A stretch of DNA of 64,000 nt, from contig OZ253564.1 of the NCBI GenBank assembly GCA_965262915.1, positions 3,232,001 to 3,296,000 on the forward strand. Direction: 5' to 3'. The position numbers and the translations under genes were made by a program. The notes beneath the pieces were generated by a model that worked only from the letters and a program-made list of their open reading frames with translations, made no database searches and was not told where the DNA came from. The stretch is from Candidatus Spongiisociaceae bacterium. Lineage in GTDB: Bacteria > Actinomycetota > Acidimicrobiia > Spongiisociales > Spongiisociaceae. How positions within the stretch are numbered: the first letter of the stretch is position 1; each line of letters begins with the position of its first letter. Of this stretch, positions 39,530-49,527 are shown one piece after another.

Positions 39530-40369
39530 TTGACCAACCGGGTGTTCAGCGACAGCAGCGGCAGCGGGGAGGCTGCGGAGTCATCACCGGCCATCTCGCT
39601 GCGACGTGTCAGCAAAGAATTCCAGCTGAGGAGGGGTCAACCACTGCTGGCTGTCTCCGACGTGAGCCTTGATGTCGAAGCCGGGGAGTTCGTGGCGATC
39701 ATCGGGCCTTCGGGCTGCGGGAAGTCAACCTTGCTGCGCCTGGTCGCATCGCTGGAGACACCTTCCCGCGGGTCCGTGGTGGTGAACGGACGTAGACCAG
39801 CCGAGTTGGCGGCGGCGCACCGTCTGGGAGTGGCGTTTCAGGACCACGCACTGCTCCCCTGGCTCACCTCATGGGACAACGTCGCGCTGCCGTTCCACCT
39901 AGCCGAGATGAAACCCGACAAGCAGCGAATCTCGCATCTCATGGCGCTGGTCGGGATGGCGGGATTCGAGAAGGCGAGACCCAAGCAGCTGTCCGGCGGG
40001 ATGCGCCAACGTATCGCCATCGCGCGTGCTCTTGCACTGAACCCCGAAGTGCTACTTCTCGACGAGCCGTTCGGAGCGCTCGATGCGGTGACGCGACGCC
40101 AGATGAACCTGGAACTGCAGAGAATCTGGGCTGCCCAGCAGCACACAACCATTCTCGTGACCCACTCGGTGGACGAGGCACTGTTCCTCGCCGACCGCGT
40201 CATCGTGCTGACGGAGCGCCCCGGCAGGGTGAAGCTCGTCAAAGAAGTCGGCTTCCCGAGACCTCGGCAGAAGGAACTCGCCGCCACGCGGGAGTTCCAC
40301 GCCATAGCGGACGAACTCACGCTGGCCTTGGACTCGACCGGAGTCGGAGAGCCGCCGCAGAACCCCTAG
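39530..40369 (+). CDS. NitT/TauT-family ABC ATPase
   Basis: GPSGCGKST, FQDHALLPWL, LSGGMRQR, DEPFGALD, THSVDEA. Confidence 0.94.
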   Translation: MTNRVFSDSSGSGEAAESSPAISLRRVSKEFQLRRGQPLLAVSDVSLDVEAGEFVAIIGPSGCGKSTLLRLVASLETPSRGSVVVNGRRPAELAAAHRLGVAFQDHALLPWLTSWDNVALPFHLAEMKPDKQRISHLMALVGMAGFEKARPKQLSGGMRQRIAIARALALNPEVLLLDEPFGALDAVTRRQMNLELQRIWAAQQHTTILVTHSVDEALFLADRVIVLTERPGRVKLVKEVGFPRPRQKELAATREFHAIADELTLALDSTGVGEPPQNP

Positions 40370-40507
40370 GACGGTCCGGGACCGGAGGGATCAGGCCGGT
40401 GGGGCTCCCCGATCCGGTTCGGCGATGGAGCCGTGGATGCCGCGAGCCTCGGCGGCCAAGCATCGCTGTAGCGCATGTCACGGTAACCCGATCCGACGGA
40501 CGCGAGA

Positions 40508-40538
40508 AGTGCTGCCCCCGCTCATCGGGGGCAGCACT
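40508..40538. terminator. 13-bp stem hairpin between convergent genes
   Basis: AGTGCTGCCCCCG-CTCAT-CGGGGGCAGCACT. Confidence 0.6.
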
Positions 40539-40563
40539 CCCTCGGACCGGTCGGCTTATCCGG

Positions 40564-41727
40564 TCAACACTCCAACAGCGAGGCTCCGCAATTCGCGAAC
40601 GCATCCTCGAGCAGCGTGATGTCGACCATCGTCTCCGGAGCCGGCAGGTTCTCGATCCCCGTCAGACCCAGTACATCCCACATGGTGGTCGCCATAAGAT
40701 CGAAGTCCATGCGGAAGAGGCCCTGCTCGTCGGTCAGGCTGCTCGTCATCAGAGGCACCTGAGCATCGTGGATAGGCCGCTGGAACGAGATGTCCATGCC
40801 GAGTTCGGCCCCACCCTATTTGTTCATCATCAGGTCGATTGCAGTGTCGGGATCGGCGAAGGCCGCTTCCCACCCCTTGATCATCGCCCGCAGGAAGCCG
40901 ACAACAGCTTCACGGTTGGCATCCAGAAACTCGCGATCCACGAACGCCAGATCGTGATACATCTGCATGCCGAGGTCGGCGTAGGACACAGCGACGTTGT
41001 CGACACCCATGAAGTCGAGAATGACCGGGTGGCTGTTCATGTAGTTGACCTGGCCACGTACCAGGCCCTCGGCAACCGGTGACGGGTCAAAACCAACCGG
41101 CACCATGTCGTAACAGCCCGGCTCGAGCCCGTTGAGGACCAGCAGGGCATCGAGTTGGACGATGTCACCGGGAGTGGCTCCGATCTTGCTACCGCATATG
41201 TCACCGGCGGTAAGTATCGGGTCGGAACTCAACGAACTGATCCCGAGGATTCCTTCCTGCAACCTGGTACCGAATATCACGAACTCGTCGCCCTGGGATA
41301 CTGCGTCGGCGATGATGGCCAGCCCCCCGAAACCGATGTCGGCGGCTCCACCGGCGAGGATCTGGACAGGATGCGGTACGTTCGGCCCGCCATACTCGAA
41401 TTCGGGCGCCACGTTCTCTTCGGCGAAGAACCCCAGTTCGTCCGCCATGTACAGCCCCAGGAACCCGGGATCTGCTGTCCAGTTGAGCCGGACGCGGATG
41501 ACCGTAGGTTCCATGGGAGCTTCGGTGGTAGCCGGGGCGGCCGTCGTGGCAGGAGCCGCGGTCGTGGCAGGTGCCGCGGTGGTGGTCGGTGCCGCGGTCG
41601 TGGTAGGTGCCGCGGTGGTGGCAGGAGCCGCCGTCGTGGCAGCCGGCTCGTCGTCGCCACACGCGACCGCCAGCATGGCCAACACGAGGATCATCCCACC
41701 CACTCGGGACCTGTTTGAGTATCGCAC
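40564..41727 (-). pseudogene. NMT1/THI5-like (NitT/TauT) substrate-binding lipoprotein with one in-frame TAG at 40816-40818
   Basis: Lipobox LAVAC, (xTTAAP)n linker, LNW...GFFAEENV. Reads MMNK*GGAELGMD and stays open in the same frame to 40564. Confidence 0.8.
41524..41645. repeat. 18-bp coding tandem repeat (xTTAAP, about 6-7 units)
   Basis: ATTAAP-ATTAAP-TTTAAP-TTTAAP-ATTAAP-ATTAAP in the SBP linker. Confidence 0.9.
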
Positions 41728-41826
41728 TGAACGTCTCCTAGGCAGACTATCCACCAAGTCTGCCAGCCCGCACTCCCGGATGTCCAAACCACCCAGGACG
41801 AATCCACCGGGGATGCCGGAACAGCC

Positions 41827-43410
41827 TCACAGCATGCGCTGGCGGCCTAGCTCCTCCACCCGGCTTGCGCCGACGTATACGACTACCGACAACACAACGA
41901 TCACGACCGCAGAGCCCCAGGCCCGAGACATGTCGAGACCACCGTTGGCGATGGCGAACAGCCATCCCAGGCCATCCCTTCCGGTTAGGTACTCTCCCAG
42001 GATCGCGGCAACGATCGCCAGGGCTGCGTTGAGCCGGAATGCCGTGAGGAAATCAGGCACCGCCGACGGTAGCGCGAGGTGGCGCAATCTGGCACGCCGG
42101 CGCGCCCCCAGGACAGAGAAGACGTCATCGGCCCCGGGCGGTGTGGAACGGAAGCCGGAACTGACCAGAACGAATGTGGGGAACATCGATACCAGGGCGG
42201 CAACTGCCACCACCGTCGTCCGTGTATATCCGATCACCCGTGCCACGATCGGCACGGTCGCTACGAGAGGGACCGAGTACATGATGATCATGGGAGCGGT
42301 GAGCATGCCCTTCAGCATCGGAGACAGCCAGCTAGCCAGCGCTGCTACCAGCCCGATCAGAGTACCGATGAACAGGCCCAGGGCGGCCGACTGGAGCGTC
42401 TTGAACGTGTAGTCGATATAGGTACCGGGGTTTCCGGCGATATCGCTTACGACCGATTCGGGCGTCGGGGCCACTATGGAACTCACATCCCAGATGGTCA
42501 CGGCCAGTTGCCAGAAACCGAGGACGACCACGAACGGCCACACCGTGAGCGCAAAGTCCACGGTCCGCCGGCGCCAGGAAGTCGGCTGCCCGTTTTCTGC
42601 CCTTACCCTCCTGGTGGGTATGGACGCCCGGACGTCATCTCGCACGGAGAATTCGCGACGCCGGACGAGCTCTTCTATCAAGGCAAGGAGACTGAAGGCA
42701 ACGATGGCGATGAGCGCAGTGAGTCCGGCGGCAGCCCACAGCCGCGCCGTGAAGAATTGCTGGAGCGCGACGACCATCACCAAGCCCAATCCGGGATCTG
42801 TCGTTCCGAACCACTCGCCGAAGACAACCCCGAACATGGCGGCAGGCGCACCTAGCTTGGCGGCATATACGATCGAAGGAGACACCGCCGGCAGTTCGAG
42901 CCTCCGGAACCGGTTTCGCCTGGAAGCTCCCATTACGGTGAACACGTCGTGATGAGATCGGCTCACCAGGTTGAAGCCCGAACTGACCGCAACGAAGCTC
43001 GAGAAGAAGACCGCCAGCCCGGCAAAGACCAAGGGAGTCGCCGACGACGAGACCACCATGACGATGAGGGGACCTAGGGCGATCCAGGGAATGGAGTTGA
43101 CCAGCGTGGCGAGTCGGCCGATTCCTCTCTGCAGTGGCGTGATGAGCAACCCGATCATGGCCAGGGAGACTCCCGCTGCCATGCCAAGCACGAACCCCCG
43201 CGCCGCGTCCCAGATAGTGGCGGCTCCTGCACGACGAAGAATCTCCCAGTCGTCGATGAGGGATCCGAACACATCGCTGAAGGGAGGCCAGCCTCGACCG
43301 AACGCTTCGGCTTGGCCGACCAGTTCCCAACCGACCACCAGGATACCCACACCGACCGTTCCCAGGACGGCCGGCCGCCACCGGGACACTGTCGGCGCCG
43401 GTGTGGTCAC
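41827..43410 (-). CDS. NitT/TauT-family permease with two fused TM domains
   Basis: Two BPD_transp_1-like halves (GEWFG..PGLG; GEYL.G..GLG). Confidence 0.9.
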   Translation of the reverse strand: MTTPAPTVSRWRPAVLGTVGVGILVVGWELVGQAEAFGRGWPPFSDVFGSLIDDWEILRRAGAATIWDAARGFVLGMAAGVSLAMIGLLITPLQRGIGRLATLVNSIPWIALGPLIVMVVSSSATPLVFAGLAVFFSSFVAVSSGFNLVSRSHHDVFTVMGASRRNRFRRLELPAVSPSIVYAAKLGAPAAMFGVVFGEWFGTTDPGLGLVMVVALQQFFTARLWAAAGLTALIAIVAFSLLALIEELVRRREFSVRDDVRASIPTRRVRAENGQPTSWRRRTVDFALTVWPFVVVLGFWQLAVTIWDVSSIVAPTPESVVSDIAGNPGTYIDYTFKTLQSAALGLFIGTLIGLVAALASWLSPMLKGMLTAPMIIMYSVPLVATVPIVARVIGYTRTTVVAVAALVSMFPTFVLVSSGFRSTPPGADDVFSVLGARRRARLRHLALPSAVPDFLTAFRLNAALAIVAAILGEYLTGRDGLGWLFAIANGGLDMSRAWGSAVVIVVLSVVVYVGASRVEELGRQRML

Positions 43411-43926
43411 TTCCCCGCCGCTATCGCAGACTCCGGGCCCCAGAGAGTTCCGTACCCGACCACCGCCGCGATCGTTGGCCCGCCGAGTCAGCTACCGCGA
43501 ACGAACTCACACCTGCGAGATCGACCTCTCCGCTCATCATGGCTCATCATCCCTTCGGGAGTTGCCGACGGTGAGGGACATCTTACCCGTCGCCACCGAC
43601 CGCAAGGAGGCGACGGGCCTACCCAGTTCCCGTGACAGGCTCCCGTAAGAAGGAGCACCGGATGGACCGAAGCGCCTACTCGGAACCAGGCGGAACAAGA
43701 CCTGGCCGACTGGTAACCCGGGTCGGGGCTTGTGCGACTACGGTGACACAACCGAGGACATCCGGTGTGTAACGGGGTCCGGCACTCCTCCCGTTTGCGG
43801 AGGTCCCGGCGTCCATCGATACGTTCTCCCTGCATCGGGCGAGTCCGATCAGCCTCGGTGAAAGGCCCGTGGAGGGATTCATCTGAGGTCGGCCAATCGC
43901 CGCCTATCGACACAGGATGGAGTGAC

Positions 43927-44595
43927 ATGAGGGTAATCACGGTTCAGGCCTCGCTCCGTGAGGGCGACCTGAAACAGTTCGTGGCGGCTTCGACCGCCAA
44001 CGCACGGGCCGCCGTCGCCACCGAACCGGGTTGTCGGCGTTTCGATGTCTTCCACGATGCGAACAACCCGGCGAGGATCGGATTCAACGAGGTTTACGAC
44101 AACGACGATGCGGTCGGCGCCCATGGCGATTCGGAACATTTCGCGACATGGCTGTCGGCCACCGAGGGCATGCTGGATCGCGAGATGGTGTGGGCGACGT
44201 GCCGCAACCTGTTCCCCGGAGACACGGCGCACCGCGACGTAAACGATGAAACTCCCTCCGAAAGGGGGATCCGGGTCTACCAAGCGCGTGTCTCCGTGCC
44301 GCCGGACGATGTGGACCGTTTCATCTCTTCGGTGACCGAACAGGCGCGTGCTGCGTGGGAGCATGAAAGGGGGTTGATCCGCTTCGAGATCAATCAGAAC
44401 CTCGACACCCCGACTGAGTTCTGGCTGTACAAGGTCCACACCGGCCCCTCGGCGGCCCGACACCACGCCACAGCGCCCTACACCGTTGCGCACCTCGAGA
44501 GATTCGGTGAGTTGTACTCGGCCGGCCCTCCAACACCGATCTCCGGACCCAATATCTGGCCCCCCCACGGCATGTGGCGATCTGGCAACCCGTGA
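43927..44595 (+). CDS. Tandem ABM-domain (LsrG/putative quinol monooxygenase-like) protein
   Basis: EPGCRRFDV...EVY...H....HF and a second E.G.IRFEI...H...PY unit. Confidence 0.8.
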   Translation: MRVITVQASLREGDLKQFVAASTANARAAVATEPGCRRFDVFHDANNPARIGFNEVYDNDDAVGAHGDSEHFATWLSATEGMLDREMVWATCRNLFPGDTAHRDVNDETPSERGIRVYQARVSVPPDDVDRFISSVTEQARAAWEHERGLIRFEINQNLDTPTEFWLYKVHTGPSAARHHATAPYTVAHLERFGELYSAGPPTPISGPNIWPPHGMWRSGNP

Positions 44596-44831
44596 GAGAC
44601 CGGACCCCACGCCGGGTCCGGAGACCAGAACGGGGCTCTTGGCGCCGAGGGGGTGCGCTGGTAGGCGGACCGCGACCACCCTTGCAGTAAACGCCGGCCG
44701 GTTCCCACTCGGCAAACTCCTGGGCATTGCCGTCGACGCATCACTCGTCGCAGGCAGTATTGCCCCAGGTCGGCACCTACCCGTACTCCTATGAGGGGCG
44801 GTGTCCGCGCATCCCCCAGTCGCACTCCCTA

Positions 44832-44932
44832 GGAGGGTGGTGTGAAGCCTCTTCACGGCCCGTCGACCGATGACATAATGCCTGTTCAGAGGAAGACGGG
44901 CCGTTGCTCCCCACCGTTTTAGACCACCCTCC
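44832..44932 (-). mobile_element. 101-bp MITE, copy 3 (inverted)
   Basis: Reverse complement of copy 2 with few differences; TA on both sides. Confidence 0.9.
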
Positions 44933-44934
44933 TA

Positions 44935-46104
44935 GTGTCCTGATTCCTTAGTTTCTTTGCCATATACTGCTAGAATATGCAGGTCAGTGTCAGTCAGTGG
45001 TGGGAGCAGCGCATGGAGAAGCAGCGGGGTCGTAAAGCAGTGGTTATCGAGCTGGATGAAGAGGAACGGCAGACGCTCGAGCGGTGGATACGGCGGCGTA
45101 GCACCGCACAAGGGTTAGCGATGCGGTCTCGTATCGTGCTGGGAGCGGCCGAAGGCCGCACCAATGTGGACATCGCAGCGGAGGTGGGCTGCAGCGGGGT
45201 TACGGTCTCGAAGTGGCGGAACCGTTTCGCCCGGCGCCGTCTCGACGGCCTCTACGACAATCCCCGCCCCGGGCCGCCCCGCCGCATCGACGACGCCAAG
45301 GTAGAAGAAGTGGTGGTCAAGACCCTCGAGGAAACACCCAGAGACGCGACGCACTGGTCGACCCGGTCCATGGCGAGGGCCGTCGGCCTGTCCCAGTCGT
45401 CGATCCTAAGAATATGGCGGGCGTTCGGTCTCAAGCCGCACCGGACCGAGCATTTCAAGATCTCCCCTGACCCCCAGTTCGTGGAAAAGGTCCGCGACCT
45501 GGCGGGTTTGTACCTGAACCCGCCCGACGCGGCGGTGGTGCTGTGCGTGGACCACAAATCCCAGATACAGGCCCTCGACCGCACCGCGCCGATCCTGCCC
45601 CTGTTGCCCGGAACCCCCCAGCGGCGCACCCACGACTACCGCCGGTACGGCACCACCAACCTCGGGGCCGCGCTCGACACGGCCACCGGCCGGGTCATCA
45701 CCTCCATGACACGACGCAACCGCACCCACAAATTCCAGACGTTCCTAAACCTCATCAACCGCGAAGTCCCACCAGAACTCGACGTCCATGTCGTGTTGGA
45801 CAACGCGTCGCCCCACAAAACCGAACCCATACAGCGCTGGCTGCAACGCCATCCACGGTTCACGTTCCATTTCACACCCACCTACGCGTCGTGGATGAAC
45901 CTCGTCGAGCGATGGTTCTCCGAACTCACCACCAAACAGATACGCCGAGGCACCCACCGATCCGTAGCCGAACTCACCGACGCCATCAACCAATGGACCC
46001 AACACTGGAACCAAAACCCCAAACCCTTCATCTGGCACAAAACCGCCGACCAAATCTTCGACAACCTCACCAACTATCTACAACGAATCCCCGAATCAGG
46101 ACAC
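44935..46104 (+). mobile_element. Complete IS630-family element
   Basis: TIRs GTGTCCTGATTC / GAATCAGGACAC, TA duplication at 44933-44934 and 46105-46106. Confidence 0.93.
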
Positions 46105-46107
46105 TAG
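45013..46107 (+). CDS. IS630-family transposase
   Basis: HTH, VDHKSQIQALDR, VLDN...H, HFTPTYASWMNLVERWF, PKPFIW; the stop codon uses the target TA. Confidence 0.95.
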   Translation: MEKQRGRKAVVIELDEEERQTLERWIRRRSTAQGLAMRSRIVLGAAEGRTNVDIAAEVGCSGVTVSKWRNRFARRRLDGLYDNPRPGPPRRIDDAKVEEVVVKTLEETPRDATHWSTRSMARAVGLSQSSILRIWRAFGLKPHRTEHFKISPDPQFVEKVRDLAGLYLNPPDAAVVLCVDHKSQIQALDRTAPILPLLPGTPQRRTHDYRRYGTTNLGAALDTATGRVITSMTRRNRTHKFQTFLNLINREVPPELDVHVVLDNASPHKTEPIQRWLQRHPRFTFHFTPTYASWMNLVERWFSELTTKQIRRGTHRSVAELTDAINQWTQHWNQNPKPFIWHKTADQIFDNLTNYLQRIPESGH

Positions 46108-46150
46108 GCCCCCGTTCAAGAACGGACACCGCATGGGGGCAGCAATCCGC

Positions 46151-46738
46151 TCACGAACTCATCTTGTGTTCTTTGCCCGCTCGGAGCCGCAGGAGATTCG
46201 AGCGGTGCCGAAAGATGATGAGCAACATCGTGGCGCCGAACCACAGGACGGCCCGCCTCTCTACACCAACCATGAGCAAGGCCGGGACGGAAGTCACGGC
46301 AGCGGCCAGGGACCCAACGGCTGAGATGCGCGTGAGAGCCAGCCCGATCCCGTACATCAGAACCATGACGATCATGACCGGCGGCGAGAGGGCGAGCGCG
46401 ACCCCGCCCGCCGTGGCAACGCCCTTCCCGCCACGGAACCGATGGAAAGCCGGATAGCAATGGCCGATGACCGCACAAAGCCCCGCCAAGGCAGCCACCA
46501 TCGGGGTCCACATCAGCAATCCGACCAGTGTCGGGAGGAGACCCTTGAGGAGATCGGCTACGGTAACGAGAAGTGCCGGACCCTTACCGAGGCTACGAAG
46601 CACATTGGAAGCACCAGGGTTGCCGCTACCCACCGCTCGGATGTCCACACCCCGCGATCCGGCAACCACGAGCGCGCTGCTGATGCTGCCGAGGAGATAG
46701 GCGCTCGCGCATAGGATGGCGACTCCGGTGAACATCAC
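46151..46738 (-). CDS. plsY: Glycerol-3-phosphate acyltransferase
   Basis: YLLGSI, GSGNPGASN, DLLKG, GH..P.F..FRGGKGVAT, RHRSN..RL..G.E. Confidence 0.96.
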   Translation of the reverse strand: MMFTGVAILCASAYLLGSISSALVVAGSRGVDIRAVGSGNPGASNVLRSLGKGPALLVTVADLLKGLLPTLVGLLMWTPMVAALAGLCAVIGHCYPAFHRFRGGKGVATAGGVALALSPPVMIVMVLMYGIGLALTRISAVGSLAAAVTSVPALLMVGVERRAVLWFGATMLLIIFRHRSNLLRLRAGKEHKMSS

Positions 46739-46827
46739 CGGATGATTCTATCGGGACGCTGGTATGATCCCGTCCGGTGCAGCCACCGACCCGGCACGGC
46801 TGCGGCAATCCCGACCAGAGGACTGTC

Positions 46828-47145
46828 ATGCCCACCTACGTGTACGAGTGCAAGAACTGCGAACACCGCTTTGAGATATTCCAGAGCTTCTCGGCCGAAC
46901 CGCTCCGCACTTGCCCCGAATGCTCGACGGTCGCCCTGCGAAAGGTCCTCTTTCCCGCCGGGGTGGTGTTCAAGGGCTCCGGCTTCTACGTCAACGACTC
47001 TCGCGGACCTCGCCCGAGTGGATCCGGCCAGGACTCGCGGGGGAAGAAGGACACCGAGAAACCGGCCAAGAAGAAGACCCCCACATCCTCAAACGGATCG
47101 GCCTCCAGGAAAGAGCCCGCCAAGTCGGGGACCAACGATCGCTAG
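46828..47145 (+). CDS. FmdB-family zinc ribbon protein
   Basis: MPTYVYECKNC...CPEC, FKGSGFY.ND. Confidence 0.93.
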   Translation: MPTYVYECKNCEHRFEIFQSFSAEPLRTCPECSTVALRKVLFPAGVVFKGSGFYVNDSRGPRPSGSGQDSRGKKDTEKPAKKKTPTSSNGSASRKEPAKSGTNDR

Positions 47146-47241
47146 CGAGCCGCAGCACCCGCTCCGAGCGGCTCCGGCAGGAACCCGTGGTGCACCCGCC
47201 GCTGCGGACAGGACTTCTGACCGGCGGAGCCGTGCGGCCCT

Positions 47242-47841
47242 TTGGAGAGTGACGGGGTGCGAGGGGTCGTCGGGATAATTCTGGCCGGCGGTGAGTCGAC
47301 CCGCATGGGCACCGACAAGGCGTTGTTCGAGATGAACGGACGGACGATGGCTGAGTGGGTGGCCGACGCGATGTGCGTATTCGAGACGGCGGTCATAGTC
47401 GGACGGCGCCGGGGTCTGGCCGGCCTCGATGCCATCCCGGACCTGCGATCCGCAGGAACGGGCCCTCTGAGCGGCCTGCACACGGCGCTCTCGGCCTTCG
47501 GGCGCCCGCTGGTCGTGGTGGCGGTGGACCAGCCACTGGTCCGATCGGAGACCCTGCTCCGGCTTGCCGGGCTGGCGGCGGAGGGCGAGACCGCGATCTG
47601 TATCGATGACAGGCCCCAGGTGACGTGCGCCTCCTATACCCCCGCGTGCCTGGAGGAGGCGACCCGCCAGCTGAGATCCGGAGGGTCGATCCAGCAGATG
47701 CTGCGCTCTGTTCCTTGGACCCCCATCCGCAGGGAGGTCTGGTCGAGGTGGGGGGAAGACGGACGGTCCTGGTTCTCGATGGACACACCCGACTCCATAA
47801 TCACCGCCGAACAGCGTTTCCGATTGAACCTCCTCGGCTAG
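47242..47841 (+). CDS. mobA: Molybdenum cofactor guanylyltransferase
   Basis: ILAGGESTRMGTDKA, GPLSGL, VAVDQP. Confidence 0.88.
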   Translation: MESDGVRGVVGIILAGGESTRMGTDKALFEMNGRTMAEWVADAMCVFETAVIVGRRRGLAGLDAIPDLRSAGTGPLSGLHTALSAFGRPLVVVAVDQPLVRSETLLRLAGLAAEGETAICIDDRPQVTCASYTPACLEEATRQLRSGGSIQQMLRSVPWTPIRREVWSRWGEDGRSWFSMDTPDSIITAEQRFRLNLLG

Positions 47842-47906
47842 GCGGTGGGCGATGCGCGGTGGACAAGCCTCTTCTCACCGTTGTCCTTTGGAGGTAACTT
47901 GTTCGG

Positions 47907-48437
47907 GTGTTGTGGATCGCCCGCCCTCCTTACCTCCGGTGGACGCTCATCGGGCTGCTGGTTCTCGTGAGCCTGTGGCTCGAGCTCAAACCGTCGGCCA
48001 CCGCAAGCCACCCCTACCTCACTCGAGATCTCATCCGTGGAGAGCCGGTGCACGACGCCCTCGAGTGGCGTGATATCGCCCAAGGTGTGGTGGAACCGGT
48101 GTCGGGTACCGGGTTCGCCGACCGCCGCCTGACAGCCGGGCAGCCGCTGCTACCGGGCGACACCACGGATGTGGCCATCACCGCTCCTCCCGGTTGGTGG
48201 CTGGTAGATGTGGCGGTTCCGGCGGAGGCCGCGGCGGGTACACAGGTGCAACTCGTGGTACTCCCCCATCCAGGTCATCGGCCGATCCCTCCGATCGGAG
48301 GGGTGGTCACCGGGGTACGTCCCGCCAACTTCGAGGGCGACGGTCTGATCGGTTCGGTGGCGTTCCCGCCCGACCGGGCCGCAACCGCCGCGGTCGCCAT
48401 CGCCGAGAAACGGGTCTCGGTGCTGCTACAGGCTTAG
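47907..48437 (+). CDS. SAF/CpaB-like domain protein
   Basis: N-terminal TM, TRDLIRGEP...RLTAGQPL; located near FmdB, as in other actinobacteria. Confidence 0.55.
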   Translation: MLWIARPPYLRWTLIGLLVLVSLWLELKPSATASHPYLTRDLIRGEPVHDALEWRDIAQGVVEPVSGTGFADRRLTAGQPLLPGDTTDVAITAPPGWWLVDVAVPAEAAAGTQVQLVVLPHPGHRPIPPIGGVVTGVRPANFEGDGLIGSVAFPPDRAATAAVAIAEKRVSVLLQA

Positions 48438-48537
48438 GAGGGTGGTCTAAAACGGTGGGAAGCAACGGCCCGTCTTCCTCTGAACTGGCATTATGTCATC
48501 GGTCGACGGGCCGTGAAGGGGTTTCACACCACCCTCC
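48437..48537 (+). mobile_element. 101-bp MITE, copy 4
   Basis: T-TA-GGAGGGTGGT...ACCACCCTCC-TA-G; inserted at the stop codon of the SAF gene. Confidence 0.9.
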
Positions 48538-48710
48538 TAGAGGCTACGCGGGTAGGTGCTCTCCAGGGAAGGCAAAGTCTTGACACTTCATGAGGAGACA
48601 GCGGTGACCACAGGGTTCCTGACCGGCGGCCGCATCGGAAGTAACCACACGGGCGATCGCGCCCGCCTATCCGCGTACCCTCTTACGACCGGATCCCGGA
48701 CGGGTATCTT

Positions 48711-49481
48711 GTGAACATGCTGGAAGCAATCGTCTGGGGCCTTCTACAGGGCTTGACCGAGTTCCTGCCGGTCTCGTCGAGCGGGCACCTGCGCGTGGTC
48801 CCCGATCTCTTCGGCTTGAGCCCTCCCGATCTCGCCACCTCCGCGGTTCTCCACCTGGGGACCCTGGTAGCGGTTATTGCCTACTACCGGAGCGACATCG
48901 TATGGATGGCCCGGGGAATCCGCCGGGATCCGCTCGCCCGGAGAACGGTCCTCATGGTGGTCGTCGCCACCATTCCGGCCGTGGTGGTAGGGGCCGCGGT
49001 GGTGGACGCAGTCGAGCGTTTCCAGGAATCGGTCACCGCGGTCGGCATAGCGTTGATCGGCACCGGTGCCGTGCTCCTGGTGTCGAAGTTCCTACCGATG
49101 CGCACCCGGCGCGCCGAGGAGGTGGGGGTCCGGGATGCGGTGGGTATCGGCGCGGCTCAGGCCCTGGCTCTCCTGCCGGGTGTCTCCCGTTCGGGAATGG
49201 TGATAACCACCGGGATCGCACGCGGCCTGTCCGGACGAGAGGCAGCTCGTTTCGGGTTCCTCATGGCGATTCCGGTGACCCTCGGCGCCGCGGCGCGGGA
49301 GGCGATAACCGTGGCCGGGAGCGGCATCCTCGGTCCCGAGTTGGTGATCGGGACGCTGGTCGCGGCTGTCTCGGGGTACGGGGCCATATCTCTCCTGATC
49401 AAGGCCCTGGCCCGCCACGGCCTGTGGCCTTTCGCGGTCTACTGCCTGGCGGCGGGATCATTCACCCTGATCCGGCTCTGA
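48711..49481 (+). CDS. uppP: Undecaprenyl-diphosphate phosphatase
   Basis: QGLTEFLPVSSSGH, PGVSRSG. Confidence 0.96.
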   Translation: MNMLEAIVWGLLQGLTEFLPVSSSGHLRVVPDLFGLSPPDLATSAVLHLGTLVAVIAYYRSDIVWMARGIRRDPLARRTVLMVVVATIPAVVVGAAVVDAVERFQESVTAVGIALIGTGAVLLVSKFLPMRTRRAEEVGVRDAVGIGAAQALALLPGVSRSGMVITTGIARGLSGREAARFGFLMAIPVTLGAAAREAITVAGSGILGPELVIGTLVAAVSGYGAISLLIKALARHGLWPFAVYCLAAGSFTLIRL

Positions 49482-49527
49482 TCGACCCTGCACGGCCGGT
49501 CCGGCCACCGGGGAGTCCGGCAACCGT

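Noticed and set aside
40816-40818. Genetic code reassignment of TAG
   Set aside because: TAG terminates several clearly complete genes in the window (groEL, acnA, PhyH), and no pyl machinery is seen.
43411-43926. TPP riboswitch expected upstream of the THI5-like transporter
   Set aside because: No CTGAGA core motif found in the appropriate orientation.
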